Shown: positions 10,244 through 21,186 of the stretch, in pieces
Position numbering within the stretch: the first letter of the stretch is position 1
How the letters are laid out: every line of letters starts with the position of its first letter
IMG/VR virus record: IMGVR_UViG_3300043399_000297
Coordinates: 62,001 to 126,000 of that record
Strand: one strand, 5' to 3'
Length of the DNA: 64,000 nt
Notes under the pieces: generated by a model
Database searches by the model: none
What the model was told of the DNA's origin: nothing
Seen by the model: the letters and a program-made list of their open reading frames with translations, nothing else
Position numbers and translations under genes: made by a program

Positions 10244-11349
10244 ATGTTTTAAACACCCAAGGTATTCCCTATTTCAGTAGTAATGGATTTGAATTGCGCG
10301 GGAGTGCAATTATTCATAACAATTTAGCTGACTTTGATGACTCTCCTATTTATTATGTGGAATTCTTTTCCGGTGAGGATATGCATATTTTCGAAACAGT
10401 TACCCCTCCGCATATTCTTGATAGTATCAGAAAGCGAGAAGTTACACTAGTTATTAACAACTCGCACGAAGCGTTTCATCACATCGTAGATCCTTTGTAT
10501 AGAATTTTATGTGTAGAGTTGAATTTGCCGCCGGAACAAATTGTTCTGTTGAGTGAATCTGCAATCATCAACCAAGAGATTGCTACTATAGCAAAAAAAT
10601 ATAACTTGCCTAGGATGCAGTCTAAGTGGATTAGAATCTGCGAACACAATATTAGAATTTCTAATACTACCGTTATTGATACTCTTGAACTTAAAGAATA
10701 CCCGAAAAAATATCTTAATTTTAACAGAAGATGGAGACCACACAGACCTGTTTTTGTTGGATTGTTAAAACTAAATAATTTATTAGATCAGGGGTATGTG
10801 AGTCTAGCTCCCAGTGACGATAATAGAAATTGGGAAAATTTTATAGACATATTAGGTACTTATGATCCTCAATTCATCGGCAGAGAGCAGGAGATATTAA
10901 ATACGGAACCTTTGTATCTAGATACTAAAGACCTACATATTAACCAGGCTATATTAACTGATAGCACTGATTTTTATTACAGTAACACATATTTCAGTGT
11001 AGTCAGTGAGACTAACTTTTATAAAGACTTTGGTGAGGGAGTGTTTCTTAGCGAAAAGGTGTTTAAACCCATCAAAAAGATGCACCCATTCATATTACTA
11101 AATAGGCCGTTTTCTTTGTCTGCTTTACGAAGTTTAGGTTATAAAACGTTCGGTAATGTTATAGATGAAAGATATGACATTCAAGAAGATGATCAAACAA
11201 GAATACGAATGATATTAGAGGAAACTCGTAGATTGTGCAACTTAAATATTAACGAACTTGAACATTTCTTAAACGAATGCAAAATAATATGTAGGTACAA
11301 TTATGATCTGCTGCACAGCAAAAAAACATTTTATACTATGCTAATATAA
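10240..11349 (+). CDS. Glycosyltransferase-like protein (NR..HR / ET..SEK / GYKTF family)
   Basis: NFNRRWRPHR, FSVVSET, FLSEKVFKP, HPFI, LGYKTF, DERYD; paralogous to 11366, 15422 and 21187. Confidence 0.55.
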   Translation: MNVLNTQGIPYFSSNGFELRGSAIIHNNLADFDDSPIYYVEFFSGEDMHIFETVTPPHILDSIRKREVTLVINNSHEAFHHIVDPLYRILCVELNLPPEQIVLLSESAIINQEIATIAKKYNLPRMQSKWIRICEHNIRISNTTVIDTLELKEYPKKYLNFNRRWRPHRPVFVGLLKLNNLLDQGYVSLAPSDDNRNWENFIDILGTYDPQFIGREQEILNTEPLYLDTKDLHINQAILTDSTDFYYSNTYFSVVSETNFYKDFGEGVFLSEKVFKPIKKMHPFILLNRPFSLSALRSLGYKTFGNVIDERYDIQEDDQTRIRMILEETRRLCNLNINELEHFLNECKIICRYNYDLLHSKKTFYTMLI

Positions 11350-11365
11350 AATAAAGGATTAGCTT

Positions 11366-13447
11366 ATGACTCACACCCTATACTATAATCAGCAGTTCGG
11401 GTTACCAGATCATACCAAAATTTTGTCAGATGTTTACTCTCAGTCTGCAAGCAGAGTAGTATTGTTATGCGAGCAAGAATGGGAAATTACAGGTTTAACT
11501 AAAGAATTTGTCGAGGAGTTGAATAAGAAGAACGTTCAATTAAAAATTGTCCACGGGTCCTTTAGAAATCAATACTATGAAGATTTCTATGCTGAGCTGG
11601 GGGTTCCTATCAATGATGTTGACTTTTGGGGTACCCATTGGATTAATGGAACATATTATGCCATCGATAATATATACAGACCTGAATTCTATGTTCCGAA
11701 TCCTAGCAAATTTAAGTATAAATTTATTAGCCTCAATAATCGAAGTCACCTTCATAGATGCGCCTTCATCGATGAAATGGCAGGACAAAATCAACTAGAT
11801 AAAGGCATTGTTACCTGGGTAAAACATTTGAATGAGAATAGTGATTATCCGTACAAATATTTTGACAATAGACAGGTGCTATTAGATGATGGTTTTGTAA
11901 CCAAACTTAATTCTTTTTTACTTCCCACTGAGTGGCACGAATCAGCATTGCACGTTGTAGTAGAAAGCACGACAATGGCTACCTTCATTACTGAAAAAAC
12001 TGCAATTCCTCTTTTACTCAAGAAGCCTTTCCTGGTGTTTGGTGCTATGGGATTCAACCAATGCTTACAGAAATTAGGCTTTGAATTGTATGATAATGTA
12101 TTTGATTATTCATTCGATTCTATTTCGGATACACACGAAAGAGCAAAATGTTTTGTTAATAACTTGCGCGTTCTAGAAAACTATAGTCCTCGCGAGATAT
12201 ATTCTGTTTTAATAGACAAAACAATTCGCAATTACAATCGTGCATTAGAAATTTTACTAGACAATAGCTTTATACCTGAATCAGTTATGGATTTCTATAA
12301 ATCCGGTATTAACAATGCAATATCTAGTAGAATAGGATCGTACTTAAATGTTAATATAAAAAAACTGAAATTTTATTCGGTTTGGGAAAACAATCCAGAC
12401 TATCTAACAGAAGTTAAAAATCAGGACACGAGAGAAGTTATTGTAGATAATACTGTTGAAACTAGGTACACCTCGCTGCAACATTCATCAGTGGGAGTTC
12501 AAAATCTAGCAACAGTATGCCATTCAGAAAATGTCCCTTTGACTTTATTGTCTGCTGGATATAGATTTAACAAAGAAATGCTTGATGATACTATTGCAGA
12601 ACGAATTAAAATTGTTGATCATAGTTGCTATTGGATAGCTATATATTTGGATATGTTAACTAATCAAACACACTATCAAGAAAACTTGAATCGCGGCTAC
12701 GACATTTTTGACAAAGATGTTGGGTTCGCTCAAGACATCGACTATCTTTATATCACTCTCAACAACATCGCTAAGTATCATCGCTGTGTTATGATGGATT
12801 TTCTTAGTAAATATGAACTAATTGATCAGGGAGCCATAGTATGGAGAGGTAAAAATAGGGGATATGATAATGTAAGAGAATCATTAGGTAACACTGATGA
12901 GAGTGGATATGATTTTAAATATTGGACTCCTACTAGGATGTTTCTGGACATACCCAATGATAACACTAGTACTGTAAATCAAAATCTAATACCTAATGAA
13001 TTCAAAAATTCCTTTATGCAGTTGGTTGCTGAGTCTGAACATAGGATGTTTTTTATTTCAGAGAAGACAGTGTTACCTATTATAGCTAACAAGCCCTTCT
13101 TAGTGGTGAGCGACAAAAATTTTCATAAAAATTTAAAAGAATTAGGTTTTGAGTTGTTTGATGAGTTGTTTGATTATTCTTTCGATAATATCGACGATGT
13201 TAAAGACAGAATTGAGAAACTTGTATTGAATGTGCATAGATATCGTAATCATAATAAAGAAGAATTGAGGGAACTTACTAATTTAGTAAAGCCCAAGTTA
13301 ATTCATAATAGAGAATGCGCAAAAACATACCTTAAAGAGATTATTGATATGTTCACTCCTTATATGTATAAACTAGCCTTTAGTAATATACATTCACGAT
13401 TGGAATTGCTAGCGAGGTGCGAAAAAAATGTTAATAGATTTTCCTAA
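11366..13447 (+). CDS. Glycosyltransferase-like protein with two tandem copies of the same domain
   Basis: The motif set LNN..HR, E(S)..FI(T/S)EKT..P...KPFL, LGFEL(Y/F)D..FDYSFD occurs twice. Confidence 0.55.
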   Translation: MTHTLYYNQQFGLPDHTKILSDVYSQSASRVVLLCEQEWEITGLTKEFVEELNKKNVQLKIVHGSFRNQYYEDFYAELGVPINDVDFWGTHWINGTYYAIDNIYRPEFYVPNPSKFKYKFISLNNRSHLHRCAFIDEMAGQNQLDKGIVTWVKHLNENSDYPYKYFDNRQVLLDDGFVTKLNSFLLPTEWHESALHVVVESTTMATFITEKTAIPLLLKKPFLVFGAMGFNQCLQKLGFELYDNVFDYSFDSISDTHERAKCFVNNLRVLENYSPREIYSVLIDKTIRNYNRALEILLDNSFIPESVMDFYKSGINNAISSRIGSYLNVNIKKLKFYSVWENNPDYLTEVKNQDTREVIVDNTVETRYTSLQHSSVGVQNLATVCHSENVPLTLLSAGYRFNKEMLDDTIAERIKIVDHSCYWIAIYLDMLTNQTHYQENLNRGYDIFDKDVGFAQDIDYLYITLNNIAKYHRCVMMDFLSKYELIDQGAIVWRGKNRGYDNVRESLGNTDESGYDFKYWTPTRMFLDIPNDNTSTVNQNLIPNEFKNSFMQLVAESEHRMFFISEKTVLPIIANKPFLVVSDKNFHKNLKELGFELFDELFDYSFDNIDDVKDRIEKLVLNVHRYRNHNKEELRELTNLVKPKLIHNRECAKTYLKEIIDMFTPYMYKLAFSNIHSRLELLARCEKNVNRFS

Positions 13448-14213
13448 GTATAAAAGGGCGTTTGCATTTGGTTGTAGTTTTACGAAATATGACTACCCAA
13501 CTTGGGCAGACCTAATGTTTGACCAATTGCCAAACATAGAATGTTATAACTTTGCATCGCCGGGCGGCGGGAACCAGTTTATATCTTCTAGAATTGCAGA
13601 AGCTAATGTTCGATTTAAGTTTTGTGAAACTGATTTGGTTATGGTAATGTATACTACGGTGCTTAGAGAAGATAGGTACATTGACGGCAGATGGCAAACA
13701 TTAGGAAACATATATAATCAACGATATTATGATACAAACTTTGTCAAAAATTATGTGGATCCGTTCGGTTTTGTATTAAGAGATTTAGCATTGATTGAAT
13801 TATCTATTAGGTATTTACAGTCGTTACCGTGTGATATCTTAAAGCTTAGAGCAGACAAGATTGAAAATGAAAAACCTTTGTTCGGCGACAAAGTTCAAGA
13901 GGCTATTGAGTTATACAAAGATTTAACTGATAGCTTTCCTCCCTCTCTAAAAGAAACATTATATAAGAATAATTGGGGTAAACAAATTATTACCCGAAAA
14001 GACGCCGCCGGCAAAGAATTTAAAGACGATCATCCGCTGACGATTGATTACTATAACTACTTGACCTATATAGGAGTCAATTTAAGCAATAAAGCGTATG
14101 CAGAAGAATCTACTGAAAGGATATTTTTACTTAAACCAGACCGAAGTAATGCAATGTCTTGTTTTCCTGTAGTTCAAAGCAGAAATTTTTTATCAAGCAC
14201 CAAAATGTTTTAA
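13428..14213 (+). CDS. SGNH/GDSL-like hydrolase or acyltransferase
   Basis: FAFGCSFT (block I), NFASPGGGN, C-terminal DDHP. Confidence 0.6.
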   Translation: MLIDFPKYKRAFAFGCSFTKYDYPTWADLMFDQLPNIECYNFASPGGGNQFISSRIAEANVRFKFCETDLVMVMYTTVLREDRYIDGRWQTLGNIYNQRYYDTNFVKNYVDPFGFVLRDLALIELSIRYLQSLPCDILKLRADKIENEKPLFGDKVQEAIELYKDLTDSFPPSLKETLYKNNWGKQIITRKDAAGKEFKDDHPLTIDYYNYLTYIGVNLSNKAYAEESTERIFLLKPDRSNAMSCFPVVQSRNFLSSTKMF

Positions 14214-14240
14214 ATAGAGCTATTATTAAAGAAGGATATT

Positions 14241-15425
14241 ATGACTAAAGTAGCAATGATTGGTGTTGGAAAGTTAGGACAAGATTGTGCCGAAATTATG
14301 GCAGAACAATATGATGTAGTGGGATACGATGTTCAACCTCGCTATCCTTCTTTTACTATGTGCAACTCGATTGAAGAAGCAGTAGAAGATAGGGACATTA
14401 TTTTTATTGCAGCTCCTACTCCTCACGACCCTATGTACGGAGGAGAGACACCTACTAGTCATCTTCCCAATAAAGATTTTGATTATACTATCGTAAGTGA
14501 TATTTTGGATGAAGTCAACAAGTATGTTAATCCTAAGCAGCTGGTGGTATTGATTTCTACAGTTTTACCCGGAACAGTTCGCAGTATTCTCCGTCCTAAA
14601 ATCACAAATGCAAGATTTGTTTATAACCCATATCTTATTGCAATGGGTACTATTAAGTGGGATATGGTCAACCCTGAGATGATCATCATTGGAACTGAAG
14701 ATGGTAGTCAAACCGGCGACGCCTTAGAACTAATTCAATTCTACAAGCCATTAATGAAGAACCATCCTAGGATAGAAGTTGGAACTTGGGACGAGGCAGA
14801 ATCAATTAAAATTTTTTATAATACTTTCATTAGCGCGAAAGTATCTATCGTGAATATGATTCAGGATGTAGCCGAACGAAACGGCAATATTAATGTAGAT
14901 GTAGTTACTAATGCGTTAGCTAAATCGTCGTATCGAATTACTGGTCCGGCATATATGACTGCTGGTATGGGTGATGGCGGCGCCTGTCACCCCAGGGATA
15001 ATATTGCTTTGCGTTATATGGCTGACCGCTTGGACTTGGGATATGATCTATTTGATGCTATAATGCGAGCTAGAGAAGTGCAAGCAGAGAATATGGCTAA
15101 AAAGATATTACAGCACGGAAAGAATGTAACAATTATAGGAAAAGCTTATAAGCCAGGAGTACATTATACAAACGGTAGTTCAAGTATGTTGGTCGGCTAT
15201 TATGTAGAGCAATTAGGCGGAAACGTTAATTATTACGATGTTCATACAGGCGATCTTGATCTAGCTGAAGATTGGACAGAAGTATATTTGATCGGTTATT
15301 GGGACAAGTATGTGCAAGACATAGAATTTAAGGCAGAAACCATTGCCACTATCATTGATCCTTGGAGAAAGTATACAAACGACAACTATTCAGGAACAGT
15401 CATTCACTATGGAAATTCTAGATGA
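14241..15425 (+). CDS. ugd: UDP-glucose/GDP-mannose dehydrogenase family protein
   Basis: GVGKLG, AAPTP, STVLPGT, AESIKIFYNTF, GGACHPRD, GKAYKP. Confidence 0.88.
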   Translation: MTKVAMIGVGKLGQDCAEIMAEQYDVVGYDVQPRYPSFTMCNSIEEAVEDRDIIFIAAPTPHDPMYGGETPTSHLPNKDFDYTIVSDILDEVNKYVNPKQLVVLISTVLPGTVRSILRPKITNARFVYNPYLIAMGTIKWDMVNPEMIIIGTEDGSQTGDALELIQFYKPLMKNHPRIEVGTWDEAESIKIFYNTFISAKVSIVNMIQDVAERNGNINVDVVTNALAKSSYRITGPAYMTAGMGDGGACHPRDNIALRYMADRLDLGYDLFDAIMRAREVQAENMAKKILQHGKNVTIIGKAYKPGVHYTNGSSSMLVGYYVEQLGGNVNYYDVHTGDLDLAEDWTEVYLIGYWDKYVQDIEFKAETIATIIDPWRKYTNDNYSGTVIHYGNSR

Positions 15426-16570
15426 GTAGACCCTATGATAGTGATTGGGCTAAGCAAGAACTATATTCAGTTTGGCCTGAACTAAAAAAGTTTGATGACT
15501 TTATATATTTGATATACGCAGCAAATAATCCAGACCACCCTTTTTGGAAAAGAACTGTCGAAGATTTATGCGATGAGATTACATTGAACTACAACTCAGG
15601 AAAAACTAGATTTCTTTTTGAGTGCTTCAGTGAGACAGTGATAACTGAACATCTATTAAAAATACACAATACTATTACTAAGGTTAAAGAGTTTGTGCCA
15701 CTAGCCAAATTCTATTTAATATCTGGTTCTCCGCAAGCTGAGTTAGCATATAAGCAATTTTGTGAGAGACTACAGGTTGAACCACTAATAGATATTCTTG
15801 CTTGCTATCATCAGGAGTTTTTGTATTCAAGAAAATATACGTATGACAAGATGTATACACCCGGGCCTAAAAGTAAAAAGTTTTTGTGCTTCAATCGAAT
15901 GTATAGACAACATAGAATAGATTTATTAGAAGAAATTATAAAGTATGATTTGTTAAAAGAATCGTATTATAGTTTTACCTTACCTGAGCATAAATTATTA
16001 GACTTAGAGAAATATTATAGCTCAGTTGAGCCACACCCTTATCAAAATGTCATATCTTTAAAAGATAGTTTTCCGTTAATACTTAACTTAACCGAAGATC
16101 GTCCTATGTTTGGGTTGGATATCATTGAGGATGATCTGAAATATTTTGAAAATTCTTATTTTAGTATTATCACTGAAACTGTTTTCTATGATATGCTGTC
16201 TAAACAATCAACGTTCTATTCCTTGTTATTAGATTCCGAACATTGCGTTTTCCCCACGGAGAAGACATATAAGGCTATAGGAATGAAGCACCCCTTTATT
16301 GTGGTAAGTACTGATGGGTTTTTAAAAGAAATAAGGAAACAAGGCTACAAAACGTTTAGTCCATACATTGATGAGTCATATGATACCATTGTAGATGATA
16401 AAGCAAGATTGGCTGCTATTGTAAATGAAGTTAAGCGATTAAGTTCTATGTCAGAGGAAGAGCTAATAGAATTAACACATTGCTTTAAAGATATCGTTGA
16501 ACACAACTATGACGTTTTTAAGAATCAGACAGATTTCCGTGCCACAAAAAATGTCGAAACACTTTTTTAA
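15422..16570 (+). CDS. Glycosyltransferase-like protein (same family as 10240)
   Basis: CFNRMYRQHR, FSIITET, PTEKTYK, HPFI, GYKTF, DESYD. Confidence 0.55.
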   Translation: MSRPYDSDWAKQELYSVWPELKKFDDFIYLIYAANNPDHPFWKRTVEDLCDEITLNYNSGKTRFLFECFSETVITEHLLKIHNTITKVKEFVPLAKFYLISGSPQAELAYKQFCERLQVEPLIDILACYHQEFLYSRKYTYDKMYTPGPKSKKFLCFNRMYRQHRIDLLEEIIKYDLLKESYYSFTLPEHKLLDLEKYYSSVEPHPYQNVISLKDSFPLILNLTEDRPMFGLDIIEDDLKYFENSYFSIITETVFYDMLSKQSTFYSLLLDSEHCVFPTEKTYKAIGMKHPFIVVSTDGFLKEIRKQGYKTFSPYIDESYDTIVDDKARLAAIVNEVKRLSSMSEEELIELTHCFKDIVEHNYDVFKNQTDFRATKNVETLF

Positions 16571-16590
16571 TAAGGCTGCACTATCCTTGG

Positions 16591-18855
16591 ATGGAATTTA
16601 TTTTGGATTTTAATTTAACTTCTTTGGCAAAAAAAGATTTAAAGCCAAATGAAAGGCCAACTGAAGATATAGCTGACGTTAGGCATAGAGCAATGATGGA
16701 TGCCATTGCTCCCTATGCTAAATCTACAGTGCAAAAGAACTTAACTCCGGTTTACGTAGATTACAAAACAAGAGAAACTACAATGGTTCTTGTATTGTGT
16801 CCCGAGTGGAGCCCTTATATGCCGCCGTTTAGTCTTGCTAGGCTAAGTGGTATTGCTAAAGCTGCGGGCTATGAAACACATATAATGGATTTGAATGTGA
16901 AGGCATATAATGCTTTCAAGAATGATTGGCAACCAAATAATAAATTGCCTTTTCGGTTGTGGTACCCCAGTTCTAGTTGGCATTGGCTAGGACAATCATA
17001 CATGAATGATATTCATCCTGTTTTGGAACCTATATTGAACGAGGCAGTAGATAAAATTATTGAAATGAATCCAACTGTAGTTGGCTTTAGTGTTTACTAT
17101 ATCAGTGAAGAACCCACTAAGTGGATGTGTCAGGAAATTAAAAGACGCAACCCAAACATTCTAATTGCAGTAGGCGGACCTAACGTTCATAACAGTTGGT
17201 TTCAAATTCATCCTTATTATGATTATGTTATAGTAGGAGAAGGGGAGCAAAATCTTCTTAAGATGCTTGATGAGATTGAAGAGGGATGGGTACCTACTAA
17301 AACTAAAGTGTTAACACAGCCTGAGAACGAGCGTATTAATATAAATGGTCTTCCTATGCCTGATTATGAAAGCATAGATTTTAGTGAGTATGAAATTCCA
17401 AATGGCATTAATAGCGAGATTAGCCGCGGGTGTACGGCCAAGTGTTCGTTCTGCGAAGAAACTCATTTTTGGAAGTATAGACAAAGACAAGCAGTTGATT
17501 TAATTACTGAGATAGAATGGCTTTATTATAATAAAGGAACAGATATTATTTGGTTCATTGATAGTCTTATCAATGGTAACATTAATGAGTTACGCGCATT
17601 TGCATTGGCACTAAAACAAAAGAATCTGCCTATTAGGTTTACTGGATATGCAAGACACGACGGTAGAATGGATTTAAATTACTTACAAGACCTCAAGGAC
17701 GGCGGCTGCATTATGTTTAATTTTGGGTGTGAATCAGCATCACAGAAAGTTCTTGACGATATGCACAAGGGTGTAACCATTCAAGAAATGGAACAGAACT
17801 TTATCGATTGTAAGAAGGTAGGCATCTATTGTGCTACTAATTGGATTGTAGGATTCCCTACAGAAGATTTTCAAGATTATAGCGATACTATGACTTTTAT
17901 GTGGCGTATGCGTAATAATAACATAAACAATATGGGATTAGGAGTAGGATATGGTTTAGGACCTGAAACGATTGTAGGTCAGAATCCACAAAGATTCAAT
18001 GTATCATATCACAAATATCAAAATCATTGGATTACTGCTGACTTAAAAATGGGAGGCCCGCATGTTATGACTCGCGTTAAAACTATACATATGTGGCTTG
18101 ATTTTTTCAAAGGTTGTACTGAAGTTCCGATCGGATATCCTGCTCGTTTCTTTCTTGAAAAAGAGCATTATAAAATTATATTAAATGATCCTACTGTGCA
18201 AAAAGAAATGTATTACGAAAAGTTCAATTATAATATCATTCCTCCTGTATCAGACGATAATCCTTTTGCTAATCAATTGATAAATGAAATGTGGCCCTTC
18301 TTTAGAAATCTTTGGAGAGCAAGAGGTGGGTATGAAGCAGAAGTATTGTTCAACCCTGAAATCGATTTGAAAGAATTTGGAACTCAGTATGGTCCGGGGC
18401 AGTATTGGGCGACATATAAGTTCAAGATTACTGACGAAGGACAGTGGGAAGCAGACTTTGATATCAAGTTTGAGCAAGTTGATAATCCGCTAGATGACCG
18501 CCCTTACCCGCCGGAGGGACGCAAGGGTCCTTTCTATGCTCAGGATTATAGTAGAGCGCAGACAAACACTGTTAAGCGGGCCCGAAAGTTAGCTAAGCCA
18601 ACTTGGAGTAATGAAACGGGCAGAGACGATAGTGAGTTTTGGGAACTTTTAGAAGAAGAAAGAAAGTTAAATGAAACAATTGACTTCTCGTTTCATACTC
18701 AATATACTGCAACTGGTGACTGGAGTGATATCGACAGATATAAAGTTGAGGTATCTAACCAAAAGAGAGCTTTATTACCCGAAAAGGATGTTGATATCGG
18801 TAGTGATGTAGTATCATCTATATCACTAGATAGTATTATAAAAAAGAAGAAATAA
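16591..18855 (+). CDS. Cobalamin-binding radical SAM protein with long C-terminal extension
   Basis: PPFSLARLSG, GFSVY, GGPN, GEGE, SRGCTAKCSFCEE, FGCESAS, IVGFPTE. Confidence 0.88.
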   Translation: MEFILDFNLTSLAKKDLKPNERPTEDIADVRHRAMMDAIAPYAKSTVQKNLTPVYVDYKTRETTMVLVLCPEWSPYMPPFSLARLSGIAKAAGYETHIMDLNVKAYNAFKNDWQPNNKLPFRLWYPSSSWHWLGQSYMNDIHPVLEPILNEAVDKIIEMNPTVVGFSVYYISEEPTKWMCQEIKRRNPNILIAVGGPNVHNSWFQIHPYYDYVIVGEGEQNLLKMLDEIEEGWVPTKTKVLTQPENERININGLPMPDYESIDFSEYEIPNGINSEISRGCTAKCSFCEETHFWKYRQRQAVDLITEIEWLYYNKGTDIIWFIDSLINGNINELRAFALALKQKNLPIRFTGYARHDGRMDLNYLQDLKDGGCIMFNFGCESASQKVLDDMHKGVTIQEMEQNFIDCKKVGIYCATNWIVGFPTEDFQDYSDTMTFMWRMRNNNINNMGLGVGYGLGPETIVGQNPQRFNVSYHKYQNHWITADLKMGGPHVMTRVKTIHMWLDFFKGCTEVPIGYPARFFLEKEHYKIILNDPTVQKEMYYEKFNYNIIPPVSDDNPFANQLINEMWPFFRNLWRARGGYEAEVLFNPEIDLKEFGTQYGPGQYWATYKFKITDEGQWEADFDIKFEQVDNPLDDRPYPPEGRKGPFYAQDYSRAQTNTVKRARKLAKPTWSNETGRDDSEFWELLEEERKLNETIDFSFHTQYTATGDWSDIDRYKVEVSNQKRALLPEKDVDIGSDVVSSISLDSIIKKKK

Positions 18856-19439
18856 TGGAAAAGGTTGCAGAACTTGAAAAGTTAATTGCAGACTATTATA
18901 ATGCACCATATGCCGTAGCAGTTGATTGTTGTACTCACGCAATTGAATTGTGTTTGCGCACACGAAAGACATTACTTGTCACCTGCCCCAAGAACACATA
19001 TGTTAGTGTTCCTATGACATTCAAGAAATTAGGACTTAACTGGAAGTTTCAAGAAGAACGATGGAATGACTATTATCTGATTGGTGGAACGAACATTATT
19101 GATGCTGCCGTATATTGGAAAGAAAACGGATATCTTCCTGGATCTATGATGTGTCTCAGTTTTCAATTTAAGAAACATCTCAATTTGGGCAGAGGAGGAA
19201 TGATCTTACTCGACAACTACGATCAATATCTTACCTTAAAGAAGATGAGGTATGATGGCAGAATTGATGGCATACCTTGGGCTGAACAAGATATCGACAC
19301 AGTGGGTTATCATTATTATATGACGCCTGAAACTGCACAGCTTGGTATATCTCGTTTTTCTATTGCAAAGACTACTGAACCTAAGCAGTGGTCTTATCTA
19401 GATTATCCTGACCTATCTAAGATGAAGGTGTTCTCCTGA
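18855..19439 (+). CDS. DegT/DnrJ/EryC1/StrS PLP aminotransferase (short form)
   Basis: AVAVDCCTHAIEL, IIDAA, SFQFKKHL (PLP Lys), GRGGM, GYHY. Confidence 0.85.
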   Translation: MEKVAELEKLIADYYNAPYAVAVDCCTHAIELCLRTRKTLLVTCPKNTYVSVPMTFKKLGLNWKFQEERWNDYYLIGGTNIIDAAVYWKENGYLPGSMMCLSFQFKKHLNLGRGGMILLDNYDQYLTLKKMRYDGRIDGIPWAEQDIDTVGYHYYMTPETAQLGISRFSIAKTTEPKQWSYLDYPDLSKMKVFS

Positions 19440-19449
19440 GATACCTTCG

Positions 19450-20190
19450 ATGAAGTTATTCATTTTGTCTTTTCCGCATCACGCAAAATTATCAAAATTA
19501 TGTGCAAAGTTTGCAATCAATAATGTTTTAGGAGTAACCGAAATAGTATATCTATGGGATGATTTTCATCTAACTGGACAACAACATCCATATGGTACTG
19601 GCGCAAATGTTATAAATTATAGCTATTTTAAACATACTAATTTAGCCACTAGTGGTTGGATTAGACAGCAATTTGTAAAGCTTCAGCTACATTTACTAAC
19701 AACTGATGAAGATTTTTATATTCTTGACGGTGATACTTTAGTTCGTAATCCAATAGACCTAAGGCCAAATAGAATGCTAACTTTTACAGAGCATCACTAT
19801 CCCTATTTTGAATTCATTGACAAAGCACTTAGATTACAAAAAAAGAATGACTTTAGTTTTATTTCTCCGCTAGTTAGATTCGAAAGAGAAGTATTAGTCG
19901 AATTAGAAAATTATTCAAATGCTATTAACGGGTGTGATCTTTTTGAGACATTTTTGCAATGCAACTATGATCCCAGTACATTGCCGATATCGGAATGCGA
20001 AATATACGGGACCTTTGCGACACAAATTTTAGGTAAAACTTTTGAATTCATATCCTCACCCTTTACAGAGTGTTCATTGGCTAAACCAAATGGAAATGAT
20101 TTTGAAGAATTATATTTCACGACTAACTGTGATTTAGTGTTGTCTGGCTCAGAATATTTTCTGAGTGATTATTTTTGGGATAATTGTTAG
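19450..20190 (+). CDS. Putative GT-A glycosyltransferase (DUF6492-like)
   Basis: GWIRQQFVKL, ILDGDT (DxD), SECEIYG. Confidence 0.5.
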   Translation: MKLFILSFPHHAKLSKLCAKFAINNVLGVTEIVYLWDDFHLTGQQHPYGTGANVINYSYFKHTNLATSGWIRQQFVKLQLHLLTTDEDFYILDGDTLVRNPIDLRPNRMLTFTEHHYPYFEFIDKALRLQKKNDFSFISPLVRFEREVLVELENYSNAINGCDLFETFLQCNYDPSTLPISECEIYGTFATQILGKTFEFISSPFTECSLAKPNGNDFEELYFTTNCDLVLSGSEYFLSDYFWDNC

Positions 20191-21165
20191 ATGCTTAGTA
20201 AAAATGAATGGGATCCCTTGAAAACTGTAATCGTGGGTATTGCAGATGATGCAAAAATTCCAAGAACTAATATAGGACTTAGAACAGTAAATTATGCCGA
20301 CTTAACTTTTAGTGAATACCTAAGGGTTAAGCACGGAAGATATCCAGATCAAGTTATAGAGGAAGCCAATGAAGACCTATCTATTCTATGTGAATTTTTA
20401 CGAGAACAAGATATTCAAGTTCTGCGCCCTCAAAGCAACGATCCTGACTATTATAACTATTGCCCTAGAGATACTGTATTAGTACACGATGATATTATAC
20501 TTGCAACTCCTACTGCACTATCCTGCAGGAGAGAGGAGTGGCGAGCAAATAAAGCACACTTTGATATAGACAGATTGATAGTAGCTCCTAAACCCGAACA
20601 CAGTGATACTTATAACTCAGGATGTGTAGGAAACCCTGATATATTAGCACTACGAGAATATGAACCAGTCTTTGATGCTGCAAACATTCTTAGATGTAAC
20701 GATGATTTGTTTTATCTCGTGAGCAATACCGGTAATAAGAAGGGTGCAGAATATTTACAAGAGATTGTAGGACCTAGCAAGCGAGTACACACTATTGAAA
20801 ACGTGTATAGCTATATTCATCTTGATAGCACTATAGCATTCTTGCGTGAAGGATTGGTGTTATTGAACCCTTCGCGAATTAAAAGCATAGATCAACTTCC
20901 TGAAGTATTACATAATTGGGATGTAATCTGGGCTCCTGAGCCATTCGACATTGGCCACTATCCGGGATACTGTAATGCAAGTAAATGGGTGAGCGTGAAC
21001 CTACTATCAGTTAATCCTAAGCTAGTTGTTCTAGAGGAACATCAACACGCCCTGTGTAAAGAATTAGAAAAATATAACATTGATTCGGCTATGCTTCCAA
21101 TGCGACACGCTCGTACTCTGGGAGGATGTTTTCACTGCGTTACCTTAGATTTAGAACGCAGATAA
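20191..21165 (+). CDS. Amidinotransferase (StrB1 inosamine-phosphate / glycine amidinotransferase family)
   Basis: NEWDPLKTVIVG, CPRD, FDAAN, HLDST, GGCFHCVTLD (catalytic Cys). Confidence 0.9.
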   Translation: MLSKNEWDPLKTVIVGIADDAKIPRTNIGLRTVNYADLTFSEYLRVKHGRYPDQVIEEANEDLSILCEFLREQDIQVLRPQSNDPDYYNYCPRDTVLVHDDIILATPTALSCRREEWRANKAHFDIDRLIVAPKPEHSDTYNSGCVGNPDILALREYEPVFDAANILRCNDDLFYLVSNTGNKKGAEYLQEIVGPSKRVHTIENVYSYIHLDSTIAFLREGLVLLNPSRIKSIDQLPEVLHNWDVIWAPEPFDIGHYPGYCNASKWVSVNLLSVNPKLVVLEEHQHALCKELEKYNIDSAMLPMRHARTLGGCFHCVTLDLERR

Positions 21166-21186
21166 ATTTAATACTTAAATACTCTT

